From contig JBEUKZ010000054.1 in NCBI GenBank assembly GCA_048128005.1, forward strand, positions 372,001 to 436,000: DNA of 64,000 nt, in the 5' to 3' direction. Below are positions 46,007-58,862 of this stretch, piece by piece. The notes under the pieces are model-generated. The model was not told where the DNA came from, did no database searches, and saw only the letters and a list, made by a program, of their open reading frames with translations. Source of the DNA: Veleropilina oligotropha (lineage: Eukaryota). Every line of letters starts with the position of its first letter. Positions within the stretch are counted from its first letter, which is position 1. The translations under genes and the position numbers were made by a program.

Positions 46007-46295
46007 CTGGTGTAAACACGAACCCCCTGCCTTTTCGGATATCTTCGTCTGCGACGACACGGACCATTTGTGTGACCTCACTGTAGTTCTCCTGAAAGTA
46101 CTTGAGGTCTGAGCTCCGCCTGGCGTCGCTGATTATCCACACCTGTTTCTTCGACTGATCACCAGAGGTCGCTGCTCGACAGAAGAAGCCGGGGTCTTTG
46201 TTGCGTTTGTTCTCCCCCCACTGAATCATGTCCTCGCGGTATTTTTCCTTGTACCCAGATGCATCCAGGAGCTTCACATAGTCTAGATTATTTTT
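46007..46295 (-). CDS. PMVK: Phosphomevalonate kinase, exon 3
   Basis: LLDASGYKEKYREDMIQWGENKRNKDPGFFCR...WIISDARR...RGFVFTPG. Confidence 0.93.
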
Positions 46296-46552
46296 CTGCA
46301 ATAGAAAAAGATATTATAATCAAAATATGCATCAATGAATTTATATTGGACGATGATCAATAATTTAAAAGTGAAATAATTTTTTTTTAAATGTCGTGGT
46401 TATATTGCTCATGGTGGGGGCTGCTGTTGCAGAGATACAATGAGAGACAGTAGGGGCGATTACTCTCTCTGCCTGGAGAGTGCTTTCTTACATGTCCTGA
46501 GTAGGCTCTCGGGGATCTGCCTATCATGTTATGAATCATCACTGTATCTTAC

Positions 46553-46616
46553 CTTTGCGTATTGCTCTTTTAGTGGCCCGGATAACCTCATAATCGCACA
46601 TACATCTGCACCAAGT
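46553..46616 (-). CDS. PMVK: Phosphomevalonate kinase, exon 2
   Basis: [21 protein letters not shown], phase 2/0. Confidence 0.92.
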
Positions 46617-47211
46617 CTACAACAAAGCAAATTGATACATTACAGGAGTATGGCTATTTTAAGTTTCTACATATATGTATCGATTTTTCGCAAAATTAAA
46701 CAACCAACAGAAGAAAAATCCATGTCATATGGTAAAATGTGGCCATTAATCCTATTTAATAGACATGTCACACATCACAAAGCCTTCCTGAGAGAAAATA
46801 GGATGGTCAGGGGTGAGACGAATTTAAAAAAAAAGTAAATCACTGATAAAAAGTTTATGGTAGGGCCGAAAATTTAGGTAGGGTAACAGGAACCAAGACA
46901 TTTTTTTTAGGGCTAAGGTGGGTATTTTCAACAAAGGGAAATTTAAATGCCTACATATGTTAATTTACCACTTTAATACTGAATTAATATATTTTAGATT
47001 TGATGCAAGAGAATATTTTCAAATTTGATGCTACCATGATAACCATCGGTACCCACACCAGACTCATTTCAAACGACATACCAGGTGCCGGATTGTCTCG
47101 CACACTCATTGACACCGACACAACGCAAACATTGCACTTCACATTCCATATTATACTAGTAATAGTATCTATTGTTTGCAGCCAGCACCACACTGAACAT
47201 ACAGCTAGTAC

Positions 47212-47291
47212 CTGTCCTGAATGATGTCCGCGACATAATCCTTCCCCGATTTTCTCTTCCCACTAAACACAAGTATCACAGCCGGTTGCAT
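47212..47291 (-). CDS. PMVK: Phosphomevalonate kinase, exon 1
   Basis: MQPAVILVFSGKRKSGKDYVADIIQDR with P-loop GKRKSGKD; the four exons join to 192 aa. Confidence 0.93.
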
Positions 47292-49633
47292 TTTCAGTTT
47301 TCCTTTTAACTGAAGGGGATATTCGAAAATTAGCATAACACTGTCAAATAAGATCGTGTATAATTATAATGGATGGATAAAATGAACATCAGAATAACTA
47401 CATACTGTAAAATAATATAATTAAAGCACGGTACTCATTAAATATGAAACTATTATTCATAAAATTTAAATAACCGCGCTCTGCAACTGAGATCAATACA
47501 TAACTCCGAACCCCCCTTCGATTTCCGGATGTTTACAGGTGTTTTGCAGCACATGTTACTGGTAGAGTACGCGCGTATTTGCGTATTCTTAATTAACAGC
47601 CTATAGTTCGATGATTGGGGATCAACAACAGTAAAGTGTACTGAACGTTTGATGTTGTGATAAGATATATATATATCACTGTTAACTCGGCTCGGCATAG
47701 CGTAATGAATGTCGATTTTAACTAGCTCTCTCTGATAAAGGGAGATAATTATAAATATGTACACTAAATTTAAAGTCAAATGTGGATGTTTAAAAAACGA
47801 TAGTACCATCAATGTAATTCGAGATAATTTTTAAATCAAAAATCATTGTTTGAAAATTCATTCCCCTGTTCAAAATTCTACTTTTGTGTAGCATATACTT
47901 GCTAGACATTTCGCTTCACAAGTATACATCCGTTCTTAAATTATTAATAAATCAATTCATATTCTAACCATAAATTCACTACAGAAGAATAAATAAATTT
48001 AATGCGACCATATGAAGATCCTGAAGTAAATCACCATATATTGCATTCAGTTTCTGCACAAGTTTGAAGTGTTCATACCTTGTGATCTATCTCTGACTTA
48101 ATGTTCAGGGGTCGAAATTAATGGTGACCCTAGACTGCCAAATTTGCGGTCGGGAAACAAGATAATTACTTTCAGTAGCTCTGTGGACCACCAGCGCTGT
48201 TCACTAAATCAAAATAAATATACTTATAAAGTCGCGTTTCTTTTCATATTAAATACTTTTCATACTGCTCATAACTTATGCGGCGTCGCGACATGCGTCA
48301 ATAGTTTTGCTTTCAACTGTTTCGTGCTCTCGCAGCGAGTGACTTGAATATACTCTTGCTATATTCAACATTTCGCTATATTCAGGTTACAGTGTTAGTC
48401 GTACGAGGTGCATATTTGGCGACTTTCACGTTTACCGCACCGATATTACCGCAAAGAAATAAATATTTAAACTCGATAAAATAACAGTTTTTGTAACTAA
48501 AGAAACTTGTATATGAAATTATAATAAGTTTAACAGTTTAATAATATATGCAAAGAATAGAGTTCGGTCGGCAAGTAGCATTGCATTTGTATAACAAGGG
48601 AGATAATTTAGTGTGACGACTACAATAACTTAAATGCTACGAAATGGAATTATATTAATTTTAGAATGGTGGAAGCTGGTTCCGAAATTAAACTTGTGTG
48701 AAATTTCGGTCTCAACTTATCATAAATGTAATTAAGCCTATTCCAAATATCCATCGACGTGTTCTTGTTGATATTTAAACAGCTATATAGGTGCGTTGCT
48801 AACAATTTAGTATCAAGGAAATGTCTAAAATAATTACATAAAGAATAGATTACTTATTATATAATTTAAGGGTGAAAAATTTGGCTGCATATTCTAAAAG
48901 AAAACGATGTGATGAAAATCTAACAGGACAGTCATCAAACCAATCTCAGCTATAACATTATAATGAAAATCGCCTTTATAAGCCAATGAAATGTCGCTTC
49001 ATTTACCAGAGTCAATGGCTCTACTCGCCATTTTCAGGAAAGTAAATTATTTCTATCCTTCATTCTACAAACTATTACTTTGCCTGGTGTTACTCTATGT
49101 CTTCAAGTGTGACATTTTTGCTACATGTACTTGTAGCCTACAATAAAATGTGTCGCAACATATTTATATATAACAATAGACGTTTCACCAAAAGTTTTGT
49201 TGGGCAACCAGAATGAGATTTCTTGGACCTGGTTGCCCTGCAGACCACCAGTCAAAAAATTTAATTTCTACATTTGATGTACTGGATTAAAAACTACCGT
49301 GAGGGATCAGTTCGTACAAAATCACAGTGATAAGATGGTGAAACATATGTAGATGCTCAACTAACATCATTTGAGCACACTAACTCACTCGATATTGTTT
49401 ACCTCTTCGGACTAGCGTGCAGATAGACAAATTGGATTTTGCCGCCTTGATTGCTAGCCAAATCAACACATAGAATATACAATGATATATTATCACTGAT
49501 AGAGGGTACTCGCTTGGGCCATTTCAATACAATAGCAACTTATTGTATGATAATTGGTCACACATCCAGAACATTGGCTCTTAAACATGAGACCCCATAT
49601 CTGTCGGCACCAATTTTGTGTTGGCCAATTACG

Positions 49634-50594
49634 GAACTGCTATTCAGGGGACCACCTGTATGAACTGCTATTCAGGGGAGCACCTGTATGAACTGCTATT
49701 CAGGAGAGCACCTGTATGAACTGGTATTCAGGGGACCACCTGTATGAACTGCTATTCAGGGGACCACCTGTATGAACTGCTATTCAGGGGACCACCTGCA
49801 TGAACTGCTATTCAGGGGACCACCTGTATGAACTGCTATTCAGGGGACCACCTGTATGAAACGCTATTCAGGGGAGCACTTGTATGAAACGCTATTCAGG
49901 GGAGCACCTGTATGAACTGCTATTCAGGGGAGCACCTGTATGAAACGCTATTCAGGGGAGCATCTGTATGAACTGCTATTCAGGGGAGCACTTGTATGAA
50001 CTGATATTCAGGGGAGCACCTGTATGAACTGCTATTCAGGGGAGCACCTGTATGAACTGCTATTCAGGGGAGCACCTGTATGAACTGCTATGCAGGGGAG
50101 CACCTGCACCTGTATGAACTGCTATTCAGGGGAGCACCTGTATGAACTGCTATTCAGGGGAGCACTTGTATGAACTGCTATTCAGGGGAGCACCTGTATG
50201 AACTGCTATTCAGGGGAGCACATGTATGAACTGCTATTCAGGGGAGCACCTGTATGAACTGCTATTCAGGGGAGCACTTGTATGAACTGCTATTCAGGGG
50301 AGCACCTGTATGAACTGCTATTCAGGGGAGCACCTGTATGAACATCTATTCAGGGGAGCACCTGTATGAACTGCTATTCAGGGGAGCACCTGTATGAACT
50401 GCTATTCAGGGGAGCACCTGTATGAACTGCTATTCAGGGGAGTACCTGTATGAACTGCTATTCAGGGGAGCACCTGTATGAACTGCTATTCAGGGGAGCA
50501 CCTGTATGAACTGCTATTCAGGGGAGCACCTGTATGAACTGCTATTCAGGGGAGCACCTGTATGAACTGCTATTCAGGGGACCACCTTGTATGA
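49634..50594. repeat. 28-bp minisatellite, about 34 copies
   Basis: GAACTGCTATTCAGGGGAGCACCTGTAT repeated. Confidence 0.97.
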
Positions 50595-51491
50595 ATGCAT
50601 GGACAATCTAAATCATGGCGCAACGAATAGCGAAGAAATAATTACTTGATCATGCCATTTATCATCAGCCAGACTCTATAATCTGGTCACAAATCCTTAA
50701 GTGGGCCAGTAGAACGTGGCTTGTTGTAATGGTTGAAACAAAATTTCTAGTAGAATGGATAACCCGGTTCAGGATAGGTGTCACATGGTTGTATTTATCT
50801 AATAAATGTTGCTTATTTTACAGTTATATAATCCGGTTTCAGAGAGCTGGGCAGATTGAGCACTGGCATGCCCATTCATACCAGAGTTTTGCATGCTTGC
50901 CGCTCTTCCAATCGTTTAATTATCAGGCAAGTTTTTCCCCGTGCACACATTAATCCAACATGGCGTTACCAGCCGTATATCACCAGCTATTAGAATTTTT
51001 AATAAAATACTACACCATGCAAATGACTGAGCAGATTTCACCACAACTTTTCACATATCATCACAGACACTATATATATAGTGTAATTGTGCAACTGAAA
51101 AGAATTTTTCCTGAATAACCCTGCGTTTGCTGTGGGTGGGGTAGTAGTTGTTTTTCTCAGTGTAAGGCGTCTTCGAACGGAGGTGACAAAACCGCCATTC
51201 CGTCAACTTAAACTTATGACTGAAATATTGTTAAGGATGATTGTTAACATGCGTAACAAAAAGTTTTTTCAAGCTTATTTTACTGAAACATTTTTTAAAC
51301 TAGGTTTAAGATAACTACTGCACAGCCATGTGGCAAAGGCTAAAATTGCGCAAGAATTTTTGACATGGTATACAATTGCTCACTAGAATGTGACTCGATT
51401 AATTTCATTCCATTATATTTTTATATTTTTCAGAACCTTGTTTAAACAACAAAATATACACTCAAAACTGTGTCATTCGTTAATTTCAAAG

Positions 51492-52729
51492 ATGACAGAG
51501 GACCTCCAGACGAATGTTGCTGATGCAAACGACAGTTTAAATACTGTGAACGAAGGCAGGGCCGATGTGCTGCTGCCCAAGTCTGTGTTTTATAACCCAG
51601 TGCAGGAGTTCAATCGAGATTTAACAATCTCCGTGATATCGCAGTTTGCAAAGGAGCATTTTCAGGAAAGAAAAAGGAAAAATGCAGAATCCGATGCTCA
51701 AGAAGCCACTGAAAATATTAAATCTCCAGAGACAATGACGGATGATGATGAAAATGTCATCCTTGAGGCCGGGAAGAGCTATGAGGATGGAATCAGAATC
51801 TTTGAGGGCTTATCTGCATCAGGGCTGAGATCGGTTCGTTTCGGTTTGGAAGTCCCTGGAGTCCAGGAGGTTATAGCGAATGACTTCGACAAACACGCAG
51901 TTGAACTCATTCAGAAAAATATTGAAAGAAATAATCTTGAGGGCTTAGTTACGGCCAGTTGCGGAGATGCCGCTATGAAGATGTATGAAAACAGGTCCTT
52001 TAAGGACCGATTTGATGTGATTGACCTGGACCCTTATGGTACCCCAACTCCCTTTCTCGATTCTGCCGTTCAAGCTATACGAAATGGAGGCTTGCTTTGT
52101 GTAACTTGTACCGACACCGCTGTGCTCTGTGGCAATGCGGGAGAGACCTGTTATTCTAAATATGGAGCCATGTCTCTTAAGATGAAATGTTGTCACGAAA
52201 TGGCACTTCGAATTATTTTGCAATGCATAGAGGCGCATGCAAATCGATATTCGAGGTACACCATACCGCTGTTGTCAGTGAGTGTGGATTTCTACGTCCG
52301 CGTGTTTGTAAAAGTTTTTAAGGGGCAAAAGAGGGTGAAGCAGTCAGTAAGCAAGCTGGCCATGGTGTATCATTGCACAGGATGTGGTAATTTTGCATTG
52401 CAAAAAATTGGCATAACAATTCCGACGAAGGGAGATAACTTTATGTATCAGCCTGGAACTAGTCCGCCTGTTGGGGACCGTTGTCCACATTGCGGATTTA
52501 AGCATCACTTTGGAGGGCCTATATGGGCAGAGGCCATGCATGATGTGCACTTTGTACAAAATGTGATTGATTATGTGCATGAAAATGCGGCAATGTTTAA
52601 CACGTCCAATCGGATTCTAGGGATGCTGAACGTGATCCAGGAGGAGCTGCCCGACGTACCACTGTACTACGTCATCGATAACCTGTGTAACATCATACAC
52701 TGTCAGCCCATACCATTACTGCAGTTCAG
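51492..52729 (+). CDS. TRMT1: tRNA (guanine26-N2)-dimethyltransferase, main exon (acceptor at 51433; in-frame extension to 51434 possible)
   Basis: VFYNPVQEFNRDL, EGLSASGLRSVRF, ANDF, FDVIDLDPYG, GGLLCVTCTD, CHEMALRI, GPIW; AG|GTATG donor. Confidence 0.95.
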
Positions 52730-53323
52730 GTATGCTAGAGAAGTGGGAAATTAGATAGTATTTAAATAAATGCCACATGCCAATATCCAATTGAGACCAT
52801 CAGTTGTGCTACATGTATGTAAAAGTTAATGGGACAAGTTGAATTGACCTATAATGTGCAAGGTGGTGACACATTGTTAGGTGGACATCGCCTACAAAGG
52901 TGGCACTGACCGTCCATCCGTTCTGCATCAAAATCAAGGTATGTGGTGCCCATCTTTCGAACAGTGTTATTTCAAGACTGGACATTTGCACCCTCATTTT
53001 TTCGTCATTCGACGCATCCAGCGGTACAGTTTTCATGCTCGTCTGTCCGCCCATCACAGATTTTCTCACAAATTTTGTTTGTCGACTTAGATAAATGCTG
53101 GCATTCCGAAACTCTACGGATCAACGAACCACATCATAAATTTTAATTATTGTGGTAGTACAAATGTGAACATTGACAGTCTCTTGGTCAAGCGTGATTG
53201 CAGCCAATTTTGCAAAATATCTATGTAAATATTGCGCGACACAGAACTTTTGATCCAAATGTCGTAGTTTTGCAGTCCTGACAGGAGCAAAAAACACTTA
53301 CACCCCTATGTACTTTACTACTT

Positions 53324-54815
53324 ATTGTTAGTCCGCCGCAAGCGAAGCGCTCTAGTATTCTGCTCCGTCCGTACGACTTGTTAGTGCAATATCTCAAAAC
53401 TGAATGAACCGATTTCATTGATATTTGGTGGATAGATACCTATGGGAATACCACCGACACCAGTCGATTCTGGTGACCTTGGCCTCATTTTCAAGGTCAC
53501 ATGGAGCACTTCACTATTTCGCTCATTCAATTGTTGTTAGCGCGGTATCTCAAGACTGAATGGACCGATTTCATATATATTGGGTGGTTAGATACCTTTG
53601 GGAATACCGCCGACACCAGTCGATTGTAGTGTCCTGGACCGCATTTTCAAGGTCACAGGGTGCACTTGACTATTTCGCTCATTCAATTGTTGTTAGCGAG
53701 ATATCTCAAGACTGAATAAACCGATTTCATTGATATTTGATGGATAGATACCTTTGGGGATAATACAGACACCAGTCGATTACGGTGACCTTGACAACAT
53801 TTTCAAGGTCACAGGGTGCACTTGACGATTTTGCTTATTCAATTGTTGTTAGCGCGATATATATTTCAAGACAGAATGAACAGATTTCATTTATATTTGG
53901 TGGATAGGTACCTTTGGGGATACCGCCGACACCAGTCGATTATGGTGACCTTGACCACGTTTTTAAGGTCACTGGGTGCACTTGACTATTTCGCTCATTC
54001 AATTGTTGTTGCATTTGGTGGATAGATACCTTTGGGGATACTGCCGACACCAGTCAATTATTGTGACCTGGATCACGTTTTCAAGGTCACAGTGTACTGC
54101 AGTGTATTCTTTCACTCATTCAATTGTTGTTAGCATGATATCTCAAGACAGAATAAACTGATTTCATTTAAATTTGGTGGATATATATATACCTTTGGAG
54201 ATTCCGTGACCTTGACCTCGTTTCCAAGGTCTCGCTCATTCAATTGTTGTTAGCGCGATCTCTCAAGACAGAATAAACCAATTTCATGTATATTTTCATA
54301 GATGCATTGGGAGATACCACCGACACCAGTCAGTTATGGTGACATTAAACTCATTATCAAGGTCACTTGATGCACTTTACTATTTTGCTCATTCAGTTGC
54401 TGTTAGCACGATATCTGGAGACAGAATAAGCCTATTTAATTTATATTTGGTGATTATGGTGACCTTGACCTCATATTCAAGGTCACATAGTTTTTATCGC
54501 GATATCTCAACAGAATGAACCGATTTAATTTATAGTTGGTGGATAGATGTGTTGAGGGATACTGCCGACCCCAGTCGATTATGGTGACCTTGACCTCATT
54601 TTAAAGGTCATAGGATGAAGTTGACTCTTTCACTCATTCAGTTGTTGTTAGCGCGATATCTCAAGACCGAATAAACCTATTTCATTTATATTTGGTTCAT
54701 TGACCCCATTTTTACTTCCACAGGAGGATCTTTACCGATACATTCATGTTGGCATCATAGATGCGCTCAATAACATAAGCGGGGGACTATTGCCACTTTA
54801 GTGGCAAACACTTGT
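53324..54815 (+). mobile_element. HINE-like element with about 155-bp tandem array in a TRMT1 intron
   Basis: Subterminal IR TAGTCCGCCGC/GCGGGGGACTA, 3' hairpin TTGCCACT-TT-AGTGGCAA, repeated GGTGACCTTGACC..TTCAAGGTCAC units. Confidence 0.75.
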
Positions 54816-54903
54816 GTTTATTTTTCAACTGTTCATCTCTTTATTATGCAGTCAAATGCTTACTGTCATTTGTATGTTTACTGATGCTGGCGTTTATTTT
54901 TAG

Positions 54904-54994
54904 ATCAGCCATTTTGAATGCTGGTTATCGGGTGTCCATGTCACACGCGACAAGGAACTCGCAGAAGACGGACGCCCCCATGGACTTTATCTGG
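54904..54994 (+). CDS. TRMT1: TRMT1 exon
   Basis: RSAILNAGYRVSMSHATRNSQKTDAPMDFIW, phase 2/0. Confidence 0.92.
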
Positions 54995-55260
54995 GTATGA
55001 TTTGCATGTCTATTACAGCAGCTGTGCCATCGACCCACATCGAGAGCAATTATGATCGCACCAGCATGAATGTGATCCGATAATGTGTGTTTGAAGCACA
55101 GTTTATTATATTCATGCATTTACATGGATGAAATTAGTATTCTAATTGTCAAGACTGTATGAAATCCAATAAATTAAGTCACGTATTATAAATTAATTAT
55201 AATTACTTCAGTGCTGATATGTCGTAATGAAATGGACTAAACATGACAAATTTAAAAATT

Positions 55261-55378
55261 ATTTTTATAAATTGGTGGGCATTTAGATTTACCCTTGTCC
55301 GTCCCGTCCTGAAAACCGGTATTTGCATGCAAGTAACTCCAGTGGGGGCATTCATGTCCCATGGACACATTTCTAGTT
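55261..55378 (+). mobile_element. Internally deleted copy of the 4334-4922 HINE-like element
   Basis: Shares ATTTAGATTTACCCTTGTCCGTCC and AGTGGGGGCATT..TGTCCCATGGACACATTTCTAGTT. Confidence 0.75.
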
Positions 55379-55552
55379 GTTGGCCTGAAAACTTCGCACT
55401 AGGGTGACTATAAATATTCAGATTTTATTGTGGAATAACAAATTGTTTAAAATGTAAACAATCTTTTCCCATTTTGTTAACGAACATATCAATTAAATCT
55501 CTATTGAATAGAATTTCTGAGGTAGGTATGGCCAAGTGCGTAATATGCAGAT

Positions 55553-55817
55553 TGAAAAGGACAGGATCGATGCTTAATGTCCTGTATATTTCCAACCATC
55601 ATTTGATTCAAAGCAGGACATGTCCATATTATCGCGGAGGAAAGCCTGGTTGCCTGGGGAAACCCACCCTCTCCGACCAGTTACGGACAACTGTGATTCA
55701 TAACTTGCACAAATGTGATGTCCCTGCCGAGGTTTGAACCCACTACTGTTCGCGTCAGCGGAATCAAGCTAGTGATTGTGAGTCCACAACCGAAACCACA
55801 CGGCTGTCGGAGCGGCC
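55553..55817 (-). mobile_element. tRNA-derived SINE (family 1)
   Basis: Homologous to 1531-1795; 12-bp TSD TAATATGCAGAT at 55541-55552 and 55818-55829. Confidence 0.85.
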
Positions 55818-57918
55818 TAATATGCAGATGGTGCTGAGCAACCAGCAAAAGGTCCTGGGAGTGCCAGGAATTTTTCTCAGTATCGCTGCTTCCATTCCAC
55901 ACAGCACCAACTCATTTCATCATGCTAAGTTAATTGACCCTATTTATGACTGAAATACACTGCTTGGCTTGGTCGTTAAACATCAATTCATCATCTGAAT
56001 CGATTCTCTGAGTTTGATATTTGCATGTACATGTATTATGACTGTGGGAAACGAGCGGCATAAAGGGAAATCTATTTCTTTGAGTAATTTAATGTGACAC
56101 TGTATCAAATCGTAGATTCATGCAGACATCGTAAGGTATGTCAGCGGTGATCTGATTTTCGAAATTGTACGATCTTCAACAAATTATAACTCTGTGTTAA
56201 AAGTTGCCGATGCCCCCAAAATCAACGAAAAATCACTGATGTCTGTAGGATGTTGCCCGTATGGCATGTTAAAAACACACACATCGTACGGGCACCATAT
56301 CTGCTTATGATGTATTTGTGACGTAGGCATATAAACTTATTGAAACATTTTATTAACCGGTTTAGATTATACTTCATTGCGATTCTTTTGTTATAAAACT
56401 GTGTATCGGTATCCTGAATATTCACTTTTAGCGTTGTATATGAAAACAATACACTTCTATACACACGTCGTTTATTAGCAATGCGTGGACAATGAGAGGT
56501 GATAATTTTCAACAGGCAGGTGAAGCGGCTACCTATTGTTGTGGAAAACAATGTCAGTTACAGTGGGCCGTATTCAAAGTTGATTTGAAGTAGGATAGAA
56601 TTAGAGGTGAAGGATAGAATCAGAGATTTCAAACATAAAATTTGACCATTGTATTAAAAGTAGGACAATATAATTCATGTAATATTAAGAAAATATGTTT
56701 ATTTAAAATACATATAAAGAATAATTCAGGCAATACTTTTATAGTGCGCAGTAGGTCACATGACTCTGACGATGGCTGAAGACCAGATCAGCCGAAATAT
56801 AAGGAAAATAAATTTTTCCTTGTGGAAAATGAAAATCATGCTTCAAAATTGACTATACCAAGCTGGTGAATCTCTTTACTAATAATTGTATATTATATTG
56901 ACCATAATGATAAGCATGCTACAATTCATGAAAACTTTATATTTTATATTGTATATACACAGTTAAATGAAAGTTCGCTATGCTTGACATAAACAAGCAT
57001 TAAACCGTAACATATATCACACCTATATACTGTACATGAAAAAAAATAGGTGGACTTTCTACATGCTTCTGAGAAGTAAATCTTGGAATTATATATCGAA
57101 CATTATCCAATCAAAATACCGACATATCCGACATTGTCTTCGTCCTCCTACATGAAGGATAACTAATATAAATGCATGTACCACTGTATCGCCTAAATCG
57201 GTTCGACCATGTAACTCGTGAATATGCAGGGTAGACACAGTTTTCCACCATTGATTAAGTGCGAAATCTAACCATTGTACTCATGCTTCGCACACGAACA
57301 ATGGTCAGATTTCACACTTATTCAACAGTGGAAAACTGTGTCTATCCAGCATATACACTTTTTAGCGTGGTCTAACATACATTTATATCATACAAACCCA
57401 ACAACTGAAATTCATATGTTCAAGTTCAAATGAATTTTCTTGAATCTGATACATAGTGGTACGATCTACATGAAGAGCTGATTCCTTGTTGTGCTATATG
57501 AATTTAATTAAATTTGAAGAATCATATCTTTTAACATTATGTGGAGTCAGTTATGGTGAGGGGGAAACCTAGTTGTTTTCGATTATGGACTTTGGCGAAG
57601 TGTCTTTAACTAAGATTGACAGTCGAGCCATATTTGTGGTGCATGATTAATAGCGTAGCTCTCAATCCACTCACTAGATGGCGCTGCTGTGCCAGTGTGA
57701 GGTCGAATCCAGGTTGGAATCTGATGTTAACTTGGGACAATAAAATCATATTTTTTTCAAACCGAATTTACAACTCACAAACACACAGAAAAAGTGGATT
57801 GATCTACTCTCTGTCTATACTTACTGCAAAATATTGAAAAGAAAGCATTTCTTCCTAAAGTTAGAATGTTGTCAACGCATTTTGGTAAGCCTGTTTATTT
57901 TCTCCAAATTATCTGTAG

Positions 57919-58200
57919 GACATCTTTCGGACTTGGGTGAAGGAGAACCCAGTAAGCGAGCAGCGACTTCTACCGGGAACACCCGTCGCAGCCATATTGA
58001 AGAAGGAGCCATCTCATAAAGTTTCGTTTGAACTGCATCCTGATGCAAATCCAAAGTCTCGCAAGGATGGCTTGTTGCGTTGGCAGTTTAATCCGGAGAA
58101 AGACTGGGGACCGAAGCCTCGAGCAAAGAGAACGGATGGAACTGAGATGTACAACAATAAACGGAAGAGGAAGCAAGGATGGAAGGTCAAGGGAACCGAG
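57919..58200 (+). CDS. TRMT1: TRMT1 exon (an in-frame alternative end at 58305 is possible)
   Basis: DIFRTWVKENPV...HPDANPKSRKDGLLRWQFNPEKDWGPKPRAK...KRKRK. Confidence 0.9.
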
Positions 58201-58520
58201 GTGGGTATTCAGAGTGGAAGGCCAAGCAAACTGAGGTGGGTATCCAGAGTGGAAGGCCAAGAGAAACGAGGTGGGTGTCCGGGGTGGAAGGCCAAGCGAA
58301 ACAAGGTAGGGTATCCGGGGTGGAAGGCCAAGTGAACTAAGGTGGGTAATCCGTGAGCAAGTGAACCGAGGTGGGTGTCCGGGTGGAAGGCCAATCGAAA
58401 CGAGGTAGGGTATCCGGGGTGGAAGGCCAAGTGAACTAAGGTGGGTAATCTGCAAGCAAGCGAACCGAGGTGGGTATCCATGGTGGAAGGCCAAGAGAAA
58501 CGAGGTGGGTATCCACTGTC
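58181..58520. repeat. About 35-bp tandem repeat spanning the TRMT1 exon/intron boundary
   Basis: GGAAGGCCAAGCGAAACGAG|GTGGGTATCC..GT, about 10 degenerate copies. Confidence 0.9.
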
Positions 58521-58661
58521 AGCAGGCTAAGCGAAAGCATTAGAGTTAGAGGTTAGGGTTGGGCCAAACGAGAAAAAACTCAAAATTCAGATTTCGGACC
58601 TTGTATAAACAACATGGCTGTGCGCCTTGCATAGGCTAATCTCTCTATATCTCTTTTTCAG

Positions 58662-58862
58662 GAAGAGTCGTATCTGAAGCAGTTTCCGTGTAAGCGGTTT
58701 AAGTTGGGCTGCTGCGAGCGTGGGGAGGACTGCAAATATCGACATGACCTAGACACTGGATGCCAGGCTAGTAACGTTGAAACGACAGAGACGGCAACAG
58801 ATGAGGTGGAATCATTGCCGGACAAACCACCCCATTCCACAGGAGGCAATGTTACATCCTGA
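58662..58862 (+). CDS. TRMT1: TRMT1 last exon with CCCH zinc finger
   Basis: LKQFPCKRFKLGCCERGEDCKYRH fits C-x7-C-x5-C-x3-H; stop at 58860-58862, AATAAA near 58931 and 58940. Confidence 0.9.
   Translation, partial: EESYLKQFPCKRFKLGCCERGEDCKYRHDLDTGCQASNVETTETATDEVESLPDKPPHSTGGNVTS

Noticed and set aside
48106..49277. Possible hAT-like MITE
   Set aside because: Terminal match limited to about 10 bp and no clear TSD
35598..50594. CRISPR-like appearance of the 28-32-bp repeats
   Set aside because: Head-to-tail units without unique spacers, no cas genes, eukaryotic context
51390..51433. GTG-started N-terminus of the 454-aa TRMT1 ORF
   Set aside because: It is an intronic pyrimidine tract ending in a TTTCAG acceptor
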